DNA from: Bacteroidota bacterium
GTDB lineage: Bacteria > Bacteroidota > Ignavibacteria > UBA10030 > UBA6906
Assembly (NCBI GenBank): GCA_035516035.1
Contig: DATJAS010000044.1
Coordinates: 9,026-73,025, forward strand
Direction: 5' to 3'
DNA: 64,000 nucleotides
Shown: positions 41,028-53,708 of the stretch, one piece after another
How the letters are laid out: every line of letters begins with the position of its first letter
How positions within the stretch are numbered: the stretch's first letter is position 1
Notes under the pieces: generated by a model
Told to the model about the DNA's origin: nothing
Databases searched by the model: none
Seen by the model: only the letters and a program-made list of their open reading frames with translations
Made by a program: the position numbers and the translations under genes

Positions 41028-41085
41028 TCGTAATATCGGGAAGGCAAGTGGAGACTAATCCGCCTGTTCCCCTTCATCATCAAGA

Positions 41086-42075
41086 CTACTTGTAGCTGTT
41101 CAGCGCCTTCATGTAATTCGCCCGCTCGAACGAGGAGGGGTCGGCGGCCGATTTCTGGCTCATGCTTCCCTTCATCTGGGCCACCGATTCGTACTCGTGT
41201 TCCTCCATCCACTTCGCCAGGTCGGCAAGCACGTCCTTGATCCTCCCCGGCCCGTGTTTCAGGAGCGCCGAGCACATCATCGTCACGTCCGCCCCCGCCA
41301 TGAGCATCTTCAGCACGTCCTGCGCGCCGTGGATACCGCTCGTGGCGGCGAGGCTCGCCTTGATCTTCCCGTGCAGGATCGCCACCCAGCGGAGCGGCAA
41401 CCTCATCGCCTGCGGCGTGCTCAGGATGACGTTCGGCGTCACTTCCAGCGTCTCGAGATCGATGTCCGGCTGGTAGAACCGGTTGAACAGGACCAGTCCG
41501 TTTGCCCCCGCCTTGTCAAGCCGCAGGGCCATGTTGGCCATCGAGCTGAAGAACGGGCTGAGCTTCATCGCGACCGGGATCTTCACCGTGCTCTTGACCG
41601 CGCGGAGGACTTCCAGGTAGCGTTCCTCGACCGCCTTGCCGTCCTGCGCGGGATCGGCCGCGACGTGGTAGACGTTCAGCTCCAGCGCGTCCGCCCCCGC
41701 CTCTTCGATCTTCTTCGCGTATTTCGTCCAGCCGCCAGTCGAGACGCCGTTGATGCTCCCGATCACGGGGATCGAGAGCGCCCGCTTCGCGTTGTGGATG
41801 TGCTCGACGTACTCTTCGGGGCCGAGGTTGTAGTCCTCCGCCTCCGGGAAATACGTCAGCGCCTCCGCAAAGCTTTCGGTTCCCTGCGCCAGGTAGTGGT
41901 TCAGCTCGGCGGTCTCGTGCTCTATCTGCTCCTCGAAGAGGGAATAGACCACGATTGCCGCGGCGCCGAACTCCTCCAGCCGCCTCATGCTGTCCACGGT
42001 GTGCGAGAGGGGCCCGGCCGAGGGGACGATCGGGTTCTTGAGCTTGAGGCCCAGGTATGATGTTGTCAGGTCCAT
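41086..42075 (-). CDS. dihydroorotate dehydrogenase-like protein (DHOD/DHPD class 1 family)
   Basis: [43 protein letters not shown]... TIM-barrel flavoprotein pattern of class 1 DHODs. Directly downstream of PFOR. Confidence 0.6.
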   Translation of the reverse strand: MDLTTSYLGLKLKNPIVPSAGPLSHTVDSMRRLEEFGAAAIVVYSLFEEQIEHETAELNHYLAQGTESFAEALTYFPEAEDYNLGPEEYVEHIHNAKRALSIPVIGSINGVSTGGWTKYAKKIEEAGADALELNVYHVAADPAQDGKAVEERYLEVLRAVKSTVKIPVAMKLSPFFSSMANMALRLDKAGANGLVLFNRFYQPDIDLETLEVTPNVILSTPQAMRLPLRWVAILHGKIKASLAATSGIHGAQDVLKMLMAGADVTMMCSALLKHGPGRIKDVLADLAKWMEEHEYESVAQMKGSMSQKSAADPSSFERANYMKALNSYK

Positions 42076-42123
42076 GGTTCCCTTCAGGGTCGAATGTTCG
42101 TTTTTCCGTTCGTCGTGAGCGGG

Positions 42124-45696
<3,573 letters not shown>

Positions 45697-45922
45697 CGTG
45701 CGACTACCTTTAAGTAATGAGGCGTAACGTGTGATTAGCAGATTTTTTGAAGGGCAAATGCCCCCTTAGTGGCGAATATCATGCCACCCCGATGTGTCCA
45801 AAACGGGGCAAATAGCGGTCTTCCCGGGTGTGAATTCCAAGAATTGGGAATTCCGCAACATGAAGTGGGAATCTATGCGACGGACGATTCCCATTCATCG
45901 TACGGCGAGGGTGACGGCGGGA

Positions 45923-46981
45923 TCAGCCTGGCTCTTGCTGCGTCAGGCAGTGGAGTGTTCCGAAACCCCAGACAAGATCGACTGCATGTATGCCGACGAC
46001 CGGCCTGTCCTTGAAAAGCTCTGCAAGTATTCCGAGCGCGGTGCGGTCATTCACGTCGTTGAACGTCGGGACGATCACCGCGGCGTTCGTGATGTAGAAG
46101 TTCGCGTAGCTGGCGGGAATGCGCATCCCGTTGAAGAAGAGGGGTGCCGGCATCGGGAGCGGGACGACCTCAGGCCGGGAACCGTCTTCGAGTTGCATGC
46201 CGGAGAGCCTCTCCATGTTCTCGCTGAGTGGCGCGTGGTTTACGTCCGTCCGATTCGTCTCACGGCATGCGACGATCGTCCCGGCGTTGACGAACCGCGC
46301 GATGTCATCCACGTGCCCGTGCGTGTCGTCCCCCGCGATCCCATTGCCGAGCCAGAGTATGTTCTTCACGCCGAGTGAGTCGCGAAGCGCCTGCTCGATC
46401 TCCTGCCGGCTGTGTCCCGGGTTACGCGCCTGCGTCTTCTGGTCGAGAAGGCATTCTTCCGTGGTCAGGACTGTGCCGCGCCCGTTCACGTCGATCGATC
46501 CCCCTTCGAGGACGAACTGCGTCTCCCCGATTGCCGGCTTGAAGATCCTCAGTCCGAGGGCGGCGGCCGCGCGCGCATGGACTTTCGTGTCCTTCTGCCA
46601 GTCTGGGTATTTCGCCCAGGCGCTGAACCGGAAGTTCACGATCGCCTTCTCTCCCGCCGGGTTCCTGACGAACATCGGTCCCATGTCGCGCGTCCATCCC
46701 CGGTTTGTCGGGAACCGGAAGAACCTCACGCGCGAGACGTCCGCACCCGCCTTGTTCAGAACATTGCGCGCGGAGGATTCGTGCCTCGCGGATTCCACGA
46801 TGATCCGGAGCGATTCGCCGGCGGTGATCTTCTTTGCCATCTCGCCGAAGACCCAGGGGATGGCGGCGAACTTCCCCGGCCAGTCCGTCGTGTTGTGGGG
46901 CCAGCCGATCCATGTGGCCTCGTGGTGTTCCCACTCGGCGGGCATCATGAACCCGGTTGCGGAAGGGGTCTCCGCCGTCAC
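45923..46981 (-). CDS. aguA: agmatine deiminase
   Basis: MPAEWEHHEATWIGWPHN start region. Overall length and conserved blocks match the peptidyl-arginine-deiminase-like agmatine deiminase family. Confidence 0.8.
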   Translation of the reverse strand: MTAETPSATGFMMPAEWEHHEATWIGWPHNTTDWPGKFAAIPWVFGEMAKKITAGESLRIIVESARHESSARNVLNKAGADVSRVRFFRFPTNRGWTRDMGPMFVRNPAGEKAIVNFRFSAWAKYPDWQKDTKVHARAAAALGLRIFKPAIGETQFVLEGGSIDVNGRGTVLTTEECLLDQKTQARNPGHSRQEIEQALRDSLGVKNILWLGNGIAGDDTHGHVDDIARFVNAGTIVACRETNRTDVNHAPLSENMERLSGMQLEDGSRPEVVPLPMPAPLFFNGMRIPASYANFYITNAAVIVPTFNDVNDRTALGILAELFKDRPVVGIHAVDLVWGFGTLHCLTQQEPG

Positions 46982-47922
46982 GGCGATTTCTTCCAGGGCT
47001 CGTCCCCCAGGAACCTCTCTGTAATACCGCCGTATGCGTCGATCCGCCTGTCCCGCAGGAATGGCCAGTTCCGCCTGATATCTTCAAGCGTCCCTGTATC
47101 CACTTCGGCCACGAGCACGGCCTCCCTGTCAGTCGGTGCCTCGGCAAGCACCGCTCCCTGGGGATCGGCGATGAACGATGAGCCCCAGAACTCGATGCCG
47201 GCCCCCCCTCCGGGAGGGATTTCGTGACCCGTGCGGTTGACCGCCGCCACATAGACGCCGTTGGCCACGGCGTGTCCCCGCTGGACAGTCCGCCACGCAT
47301 CCCTCTGCCGCTCCCCCTGTTCCGCCTTCTCCGCGGGATGCCAGCCGATCGCCGTGGGGTAGAAGAGGACCTCAGCTCCCTGGAGCGCTGTGAGACGGGC
47401 TCCCTCGGGGTACCACTGATCCCAACAGATGAGCGTCCCCACGCGTCCGTGTGCCGTGTCGAATGCCTGGAACCCCAGGTCCCCGGGGGTGAAATAAAAC
47501 TTCTCGTAGTAGGCCGGGTCATCCGGGATGTGCATCTTCCTGTAGAGTCCGGCGATGCGGCCGTCGGCATCGACGACGACGGCGCTGTTGTGATAGACTC
47601 CCGCTGCCCGGCGCTCGAAGACGGGGGCGATAATAGCGGCATGGTGCGAGCGGGCGGCCTTTGCGATAGCTTCCGTGGTCGGCCCCGGCACGGCCTCCGC
47701 GAGGTCAAACGCGGCGGTCTCCTCCCTCTGGCAAAAGTACAGTGACCGGAAGAGTTCGGGAAGACAGATGATCCGTGCGCCGCGACGGGCGGCATCCGCA
47801 ATGCCGTCGAGCGCTCGCGCGAGGTTATCGGCCGGATCCTGGCCGACGGACATCTGGACGAGTCCGATTGTGTAACGGCGGGGCGGGGTTGGAGTGTTCA
47901 CCCGGCGAATATACCCGCCCAT
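46978..47922 (-). CDS. aguB: N-carbamoylputrescine amidase (carbon-nitrogen hydrolase family)
   Basis: Nitrilase-superfamily E-K-C layout with ICLPELF near the N-terminus. Overlaps aguA by 4 nt. Confidence 0.8.
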   Translation of the reverse strand: MGGYIRRVNTPTPPRRYTIGLVQMSVGQDPADNLARALDGIADAARRGARIICLPELFRSLYFCQREETAAFDLAEAVPGPTTEAIAKAARSHHAAIIAPVFERRAAGVYHNSAVVVDADGRIAGLYRKMHIPDDPAYYEKFYFTPGDLGFQAFDTAHGRVGTLICWDQWYPEGARLTALQGAEVLFYPTAIGWHPAEKAEQGERQRDAWRTVQRGHAVANGVYVAAVNRTGHEIPPGGGAGIEFWGSSFIADPQGAVLAEAPTDREAVLVAEVDTGTLEDIRRNWPFLRDRRIDAYGGITERFLGDEPWKKSP

Positions 47923-47981
47923 TGCCTGAAAATCAAGCCAGGTTCCCTTGACTCTAGGGTGTTTTTCGGGTATGTTTTGCC

Positions 47982-48494
47982 ATGCGAAGCGAGCGTCTCA
48001 CCCACGCAGTGATACTCGCCGGCGCGGCCCTCTGGTGCATGCTCATTCTCGCCGCTCCCCTTGCCACCGCGACGTCCGCCATGCCTTTCGGTGCGCTCGT
48101 GTACGCATTCTTCCAGCCTGTCTGCCACCAGATCGACGCCCGTTCGTTCCATCTATTTGGCGCTCCGCTGGCGGTCTGCGCCAGGTGCTCATCCATCTAT
48201 TTCGGCTTTCTCGCCGGTACGATCGTCTACCCGGCGTTCCGCGCCCGCATCCGGCGGCGAACGCCCGGCCGGCTCTTCCTGGCCGTTGCCGTGGCGCCGA
48301 TGGCTGTGGAGGTCATTGCCGAAATGGCCGGGCTCTCTGAATTCTCCAACGCCGTCCGCGCATTTACCGGGGCGTGGTTCGGACTCCTGATCACCGCCGT
48401 GATACTCCATGGCGCCGAGGAGGGCGCGGCGGAACTCTTCGTCCGGCGCCCTGTTCACTCGGTCCAACCAGAGAAAGGACTCGCCGATGCCTGA
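47982..48494 (+). CDS. DUF2085 family membrane protein
   Basis: Polytopic membrane protein carrying the CHQ...CARC cysteine pattern typical of DUF2085. Confidence 0.55.
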   Translation: MRSERLTHAVILAGAALWCMLILAAPLATATSAMPFGALVYAFFQPVCHQIDARSFHLFGAPLAVCARCSSIYFGFLAGTIVYPAFRARIRRRTPGRLFLAVAVAPMAVEVIAEMAGLSEFSNAVRAFTGAWFGLLITAVILHGAEEGAAELFVRRPVHSVQPEKGLADA

Positions 48495-49005
48495 AAAACC
48501 CGCAAAATTCCTCCCCGCTCTTTACGGCGGAATCATCATGGGCGTGCTCTCAGGTGTGCCCGGCCTGAGCCTTGTCAACTGCCTCTGCTGCGCGGGCATC
48601 ATGTTCGGCGGGTTCATGGCGGTATTCTTCTACAAGAAAGAGCTGCAGCCGTCGCATCCCCCTCTCACGAACGGCGATGCGCTCGGGCTCGGAGCGATTT
48701 CTGGCCTCATCGGCGCCGTGGTTACGACGCTGCTTAGCGCTCTCTTCACCCACCTCCTCGGATTCGCCATGGGGGGCGGGATGGAACGGCTTCGGAACAT
48801 GGGAGCGCTCAGCGACCAGATCCCCCCTGAAACGCTGAAGATGATCCAGAGCCTCACCAGCGGCGGCGCGCTTCTCGGCATCGGGTTTGTCTTCCACCTG
48901 GTGATCATGCCGCTCTTCGGCCTGCTCGGCGGCCTGATCGGGTACTCGGTCTTCAAGCCGAAAGCCCCGGCCGTCATGCCCCCGCCGCCGCCCCCGGCGC
49001 ACTGA
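48487..49005 (+). CDS. hypothetical membrane protein (172 aa)
   Basis: Start MPEKPAKFLPALYGGIIMGVLSGVPG. Several TM helices. Overlaps the upstream gene by 8 nt. Confidence 0.5.
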   Translation: MPEKPAKFLPALYGGIIMGVLSGVPGLSLVNCLCCAGIMFGGFMAVFFYKKELQPSHPPLTNGDALGLGAISGLIGAVVTTLLSALFTHLLGFAMGGGMERLRNMGALSDQIPPETLKMIQSLTSGGALLGIGFVFHLVIMPLFGLLGGLIGYSVFKPKAPAVMPPPPPPAH

Positions 49006-49036
49006 GGCATACACACACTCTTTTTCATCCGCCCGT

Positions 49037-50335
49037 ATGGCTGCCCAGGACGCACCAGGCGCTGGTGGACTTTCCCCGCAGGAGGAAAACCGCCGTCTCA
49101 AGAGGGCCGTCGAGGAGCTGTCGATCCTGAACGACCTCGCCCGCGCCATCGGGGCATCGGTGAACCTGCAGGATATCATGCGGACGATCATCCACCGGTC
49201 GATCCGCGCCATCCGGGCGGAACAGGGGGTGATCACGCTGGTCGACCACCGCGCGCAGGACGTGATGAAGACGCTCGTGCGCACGATGGCCAGCTCCTCC
49301 CAGTCGCCGCAGTACCACTTCAGCCAGAGCCTCCTCGGCTGGATGCACCTGAACAAGAAGCCGCTGATGCTCAACGACCCCCGCACGGACGAGCGGTTCC
49401 GCGGCGTCCAGTGGGACGAGTCGATCCGCTCGCTCCTGTGCGTGCCGATGATGGTCAAATCGACGCTCATCGGCGTCCTGACGGTGTACAACAAGCGTGA
49501 GGAGGGCGCGTTCACGGACGAGGACCAGCGACTCCTGGCGATCATCGCCGGCCAGTCTGCGCAGATCGTCGAGAACGCGCGCCTCTACGAGGAAGAGCAG
49601 GCGCTTCAGCGGATGAAGGAGGAGGTCCGGCTCGCCGCGACCATACAGATGGATCTCCTCCCGAAGGCCCCTCCCGACGTCCCCGGGTACGATATCGCGG
49701 GGGTGAGCATCCCTGCCCAGCTCGTCGGCGGCGATGCGTTCGATTTCATTCCGATCGACGCCACGCACATCGCCGTCACGCTTGCGGACGTGTCGGGGAA
49801 AGGACTTCCAGCGTCGCTCCTGATGGCCAACGTCCAGGCGACGCTCCGCGGGCAGACTCTCGGCGGGCCCGGTGCTTCAGTCTGCGTGCAGCGCGCGAAC
49901 AAGCTCCTCTTCCAGAGCACGAGCCCCGACAAGTTTGTTACGCTCTTCTACAGCGTGCTTGACGCCGGGGCCCACACGCTGACCTACTGTAATGCGGGGC
50001 ACGACCACCCGTTCCACTTTTCCGGCCCCGGGTCGCCGAAGAGGCTGGAGACAGGGGGCCTCGTGGTCAGCATCGTGGAGGATTTTCCCTACCAGGAGGA
50101 CACCGTGTCGCTCGCCCCGGGCGACGTGGTCGTTGTCTACTCCGACGGGATCACGGAGGCGGTGGATCCCCTGGCCGCGCAGTTCGGGGACGTGAACATC
50201 GAGTCCGTCGTCGTCGCCAGCCGCACGCTCGGCGCCGCCGGCATCATCGACGCCATCGTGGGTGCGGTGCGGCACCACGCCGACACCGCCGCGCAGGCGG
50301 ACGACATGACCATCGTGGTTATCAAGCGGCTGTAA
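49037..50335 (+). CDS. GAF-domain PP2C (RsbU/SpoIIE-like) phosphatase
   Basis: N-terminal GAF domain and C-terminal PP2C with GGDAFDF and VYSDGITEA. Confidence 0.8.
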   Translation: MAAQDAPGAGGLSPQEENRRLKRAVEELSILNDLARAIGASVNLQDIMRTIIHRSIRAIRAEQGVITLVDHRAQDVMKTLVRTMASSSQSPQYHFSQSLLGWMHLNKKPLMLNDPRTDERFRGVQWDESIRSLLCVPMMVKSTLIGVLTVYNKREEGAFTDEDQRLLAIIAGQSAQIVENARLYEEEQALQRMKEEVRLAATIQMDLLPKAPPDVPGYDIAGVSIPAQLVGGDAFDFIPIDATHIAVTLADVSGKGLPASLLMANVQATLRGQTLGGPGASVCVQRANKLLFQSTSPDKFVTLFYSVLDAGAHTLTYCNAGHDHPFHFSGPGSPKRLETGGLVVSIVEDFPYQEDTVSLAPGDVVVVYSDGITEAVDPLAAQFGDVNIESVVVASRTLGAAGIIDAIVGAVRHHADTAAQADDMTIVVIKRL

Positions 50336-50375
50336 CGGAGGGAGGACCGGCAATCGGGATGACACTCACGGGTCG

Positions 50376-50789
50376 GTGCCGTTGATGCGCCGGGAGTTTG
50401 CCAGGGAGATGGCGTCGCTGGATGCGGTGTTCGACTTTCTGCACCGCTTCGCAGGAGAGGAACGTCTCGACCCGCAGGCGTCCTACGCGCTGGATTTGGC
50501 CGTGGAGGAGTTCTTCACGAACATCGTGAAGTACGGCAAGGGAAACGGGGGGAGCATCGTCGTCGAAGCCGTTCGCTCGGGGGGCACGGTGACCGTCCGC
50601 CTGGAAGAGGAGACTCCCGTTCCGTTCGACGTCACGCGGCAGACCGCGACCCAGTTCGACACCCCGTTTGCCGAGCGACGGCCCGGCGGCCTGGGCATCC
50701 ACATTGCCCGGGAGATGCTCGACGGCCTGGCGTACGACTACGTCGACGGCACGAGCCGGATCACACTGACCAAACACCTGGAGCCGTAG
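50376..50789 (+). CDS. anti-sigma regulatory factor, RsbW/SpoIIAB-like Ser/Thr kinase (HATPase_c)
   Basis: LAVEEFFTNIVKYG N-box and GGLGIHIAREMLD G-box. Length is 137 aa. Confidence 0.75.
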   Translation: MPLMRREFAREMASLDAVFDFLHRFAGEERLDPQASYALDLAVEEFFTNIVKYGKGNGGSIVVEAVRSGGTVTVRLEEETPVPFDVTRQTATQFDTPFAERRPGGLGIHIAREMLDGLAYDYVDGTSRITLTKHLEP

Positions 50790-50790
50790 C

Positions 50791-51075
50791 ATGTTCAGCA
50801 TTGCAGTCAACGACGAGGGGATCGTCGTCCTGACAGGGAGGTTCGACGCGTCGCAGTCGGACAGGGCGCGGGAGGTGTTCGCGGTACTGAAGGAATCGGC
50901 AGTCGTGGATTTCCGGGATCTGGACTACATTTCAAGCGCGGGATTGGGTGTGCTCCTCGCCACACAGCAGCGGCTGAAAAAGGAGGGGAAGGCGATCAAG
51001 CTCGTGCACATGAACCGGATGGTGCGGGATGTCTTCAAAATCGCTCGTTTTGACTTGATTTTTGAAATAGAATAG
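50791..51075 (+). CDS. STAS-domain anti-sigma-factor antagonist (RsbV/SpoIIAA-like)
   Basis: 94 aa, with LDYISSAGLGVLL containing the phosphorylatable Ser context. Confidence 0.75.
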   Translation: MFSIAVNDEGIVVLTGRFDASQSDRAREVFAVLKESAVVDFRDLDYISSAGLGVLLATQQRLKKEGKAIKLVHMNRMVRDVFKIARFDLIFEIE

Positions 51076-51090
51076 AGCCAACATTTGTGA

Positions 51091-51669
51091 TTGCGGACGG
51101 TATTTATGACAGAGCCGAGTGACGAAGATCTCGTCCGGCAGTGCCGGGCGGGGGAACTGAAGGCGTTTGACATGCTCGTGGCAAGGCACCAGAGGACGGT
51201 ATACAATCTGGCCCTCCGGATGGTGCGAAGCGGAGACGACGCCGCGGATATCGCTCAGACGGTGTTCGTTAAGGCGTATGAGAACCTCGAGCGATTCGAT
51301 CCCCAGTACAAGTTCTTCAGCTGGCTCTACCGCATCGCCGTGAACGAATCGCTGAACGCGGTGGAGCAGAAGAAGCGGTTCGAGGGGCTGGACGGCGTGG
51401 ATGTCGCGGTCGAAGCCGCCGAGGAGAAGGACGATGAGACACTCAGGCAGGAGGAGAGGATACAGTCGGGATTGATGCTCCTCAGCGTCGACCAGCGGGC
51501 GGTGATCGTGCTCAAACACATGCAGGGGCTTTCATACAGGGAAATCGCACAGGTGCTCGATCTCCCTGAAAAGACGGTGAAGTCGCGCCTCTTCAGCGCG
51601 CGGCAGGCGTTCAAGGATATACTGAAGCGGAAAGGACGGCGACGGAATGACCGCAGAAGAGCTTCGTGA
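51091..51669 (+). CDS. RNA polymerase sigma factor, ECF subfamily
   Basis: Region 2 (DIAQTVFVKAYENLERFD, FFSWLYRIAVN) and region 4 (LKHMQGLSYREIAQVLDLPEKTVKSRL). Confidence 0.85.
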   Translation: MRTVFMTEPSDEDLVRQCRAGELKAFDMLVARHQRTVYNLALRMVRSGDDAADIAQTVFVKAYENLERFDPQYKFFSWLYRIAVNESLNAVEQKKRFEGLDGVDVAVEAAEEKDDETLRQEERIQSGLMLLSVDQRAVIVLKHMQGLSYREIAQVLDLPEKTVKSRLFSARQAFKDILKRKGRRRNDRRRAS

Positions 51670-52426
51670 ACTGATCAACCGGGAGATCGACGGCGATCTC
51701 TCCCCGTCGGAAAAGCGCAGGCTCGCGCAGGCGACGCGCCGCAACCCACAGGCGCGCCGGCTCCAGGCGGAGCTGAAGCAAGTCCACACCGCGCTTGCCT
51801 CCGTCCGCGCCGTCGAACCCCCTTCGCACCTCGCCGGGAGGATCAGCGCTGAGGTGCGCGCCCGCGCTGCCGCTTCGGCGTCAGCGTCCGCCCATGCCCG
51901 GGAAGCCGTTGAGCGCCGCGCGTCCTGGCTGGGATCCCTCGGCGGCGTGGTGTTCGGGAAGTCGATGGTCCGCTACGGCACAGTGTTCGCCGGCGGGCTG
52001 GTGGTGGGAGCTCTTGCATTCATGCTTCTTGCGCACCCCGAACCCGCCCCGTCAGTCCCGGGCAACTCTGCCATGGGGACGCTCCTTGCCCAGTCGGAGT
52101 CGTTCCCGGTCAACGTGCCGGGGGCGCAGGGAACTGTGACGGCCGTCCCCACGGAGACGGGGAAGGAACTGACGCTCCGTTTGATCTGCTCATCCGCCAC
52201 GACGACGCGGCTTGTATACGACCCGTCGAGGGTGAAGCTCGAGAACCTGAGCGAGCTCCAGTCCGCAGGGGGCCCGGTCGCCGTCAACAACGGTGTCGTG
52301 GAAATCTCCGGGACAGGGGCGCAGAAATGCACGCTCCTCTTCTCGGGCGTCAAGGATTCGAAGCTCTCCGTCCAGATTGCATCCACCGCTGGAGGTTCAT
52401 TCCATGCGGAGGTCCAGGTTCACTGA
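51647..52426 (+). CDS. putative anti-sigma factor (single-pass membrane, Cys-less N-terminal domain)
   Basis: Overlaps the sigma gene by 23 nt. Cytoplasmic N-domain ELINREIDGDLSPSEKRRL, one TM (VFAGGLVVGALAFMLLA), then a periplasmic C-domain. Confidence 0.55.
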   Translation: MTAEELRELINREIDGDLSPSEKRRLAQATRRNPQARRLQAELKQVHTALASVRAVEPPSHLAGRISAEVRARAAASASASAHAREAVERRASWLGSLGGVVFGKSMVRYGTVFAGGLVVGALAFMLLAHPEPAPSVPGNSAMGTLLAQSESFPVNVPGAQGTVTAVPTETGKELTLRLICSSATTTRLVYDPSRVKLENLSELQSAGGPVAVNNGVVEISGTGAQKCTLLFSGVKDSKLSVQIASTAGGSFHAEVQVH

Positions 52427-52468
52427 AGTGAGGTCCAGGTTCCCCGAATTGTGGTCCAGGTTCACTGA
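52411..52468 (+). repeat. three direct repeats of ggtccaggttc(a/c)c(t/c)ga with 21-nt phasing
   Basis: Copies at 52411-52426, 52432-52447 and 52453-52468. The first contains the anti-sigma stop codon. They lie 50-110 nt upstream of the nonapeptide-repeat gene. Confidence 0.6.
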
Positions 52469-52517
52469 GGTCCCGTAGTTTTCGGCACGTCACCCACCAT
52501 CCCCCCAGGAGGTTGCG

Positions 52518-53654
52518 ATGGAAACCGCTCCGGTAACACAACCCAGGAAGAGCCGCCGCCCGCTCTGGATTGGTCTCGGCGTCGTTGCAGCATGTTTCGT
52601 GGTGTACATCCTCGTCCACGGGTGGCCCCCTGTGGACAACGCCGGCGGAACGATCGGGGCAGCGAAGAAATACCGTTCAGGTCAGATGACCGAGAACGAC
52701 GTCCGGCTGCAGAACCCCGAGATCCAGAAGATTCTGCAGAACGACAAGATCCAGGCAATTATCAACAACGACGGCTTCAAGTCCGCGCTCGCCAGTCCGG
52801 CGTTCACGGCGGCAATGACGAGCCCGGCGTTCACGGCGGCGCTTGCGACCCCCCGGCTCGCGTCCGCTCTTGCACAGCCGGGTCTCGCTGCCGCCCTCGC
52901 AACGCCCGGGATGGCTGCAGCGATGTCTTCGCCTGCGTTCACAGCCGCGATGGCCGTGCCGCAGCTGACGTCTGCGATGGCCTACCCGGCGTTCACCGCC
53001 GCGATGGCCTCGCCGGCGTTCACGGCGGCGCTTGCGCAACCGGCCTTTACCGCCGCGCTGGCGCAGGGGAACATGACCGCCGCGCTGAAGGCGGCGGGTA
53101 TGACTTCACCGGCCATGACGGCCGCGATGACGTCCGCCAGTTTAGCGCCTGCGGCAATGACCGCACAGCTTACGGCGGCGCTCCAGTCGCCCGCCCTCGC
53201 TGCGGCCCTGAAGTCACCGGGACTCGCAGCGGCGCTGAAGTCTCCTGAGCTGTCGGCCGCGATGCAGAGTCCGGCGCTCCAGTCGGCGCTCACGGCCCCC
53301 GCGATGGAGGCTGCTCTCGCGAGCCCGGCGCTCCAGTCCGCGCTCAGCGCTCCGGCGCTCCAGGCGTCGCTTCAGAGCCCGGCGCTTCAGTCAGCCCTAA
53401 AGTCTCCGGAGCTCCAGTCTGCGCTGAAGTCGCCTGAGCTCACTGCGGCACTCCAGACTCCCGCGCTTCAGGCGGCGCTGCAGTCGCCCGGGCTCACCGC
53501 GGCTCTCCAGAGCCCCGCGCTCCAGGCCGCGCTCCAGACTCCCGCACTGCAGGCTGCTCTCACGAGCCCCGAGCTGAAGGCTGCCCTTGCCAGCCCGGCG
53601 TTCACGTCAGCCCTCACCAGCGGGGCGTTCGGAGCCGCCGCCCAGCAGCAGTAA
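52518..53654 (+). CDS. membrane-anchored protein with ~38 tandem nonapeptide repeats (x-[ST]-P-[AEG]-[LF]-[QTK]-[AS]-A-[LM])
   Basis: N-terminal TM LWIGLGVVAACFVVYILV. The rest is almost entirely SPAFTAALA / SPALQSALK repeats, with a 27-nt degenerate DNA periodicity. Confidence 0.55.
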   Translation: METAPVTQPRKSRRPLWIGLGVVAACFVVYILVHGWPPVDNAGGTIGAAKKYRSGQMTENDVRLQNPEIQKILQNDKIQAIINNDGFKSALASPAFTAAMTSPAFTAALATPRLASALAQPGLAAALATPGMAAAMSSPAFTAAMAVPQLTSAMAYPAFTAAMASPAFTAALAQPAFTAALAQGNMTAALKAAGMTSPAMTAAMTSASLAPAAMTAQLTAALQSPALAAALKSPGLAAALKSPELSAAMQSPALQSALTAPAMEAALASPALQSALSAPALQASLQSPALQSALKSPELQSALKSPELTAALQTPALQAALQSPGLTAALQSPALQAALQTPALQAALTSPELKAALASPAFTSALTSGAFGAAAQQQ

Positions 53655-53708
53655 ACCAGCAAGAGACCCACTTTCCGGCCGGGCGGATGAGTACCTCCGC
53701 CCGGTCCT

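Noticed and set aside
46119-47801. Several 170-460 aa ORFs on both strands overlapping aguA/aguB
   Set aside because: Low-complexity Arg/Pro/Ser-rich products. The real genes are the agmatine deiminase and N-carbamoylputrescine amidase, which have clear homology patterns.
51050-51090. Possible promoter ttgact-17-tagagc inside the 3' end of the STAS gene, upstream of the ECF sigma
   Set aside because: The -10 is weak and the spacing ambiguous. I cannot tell it from chance in this AT-richer stretch.
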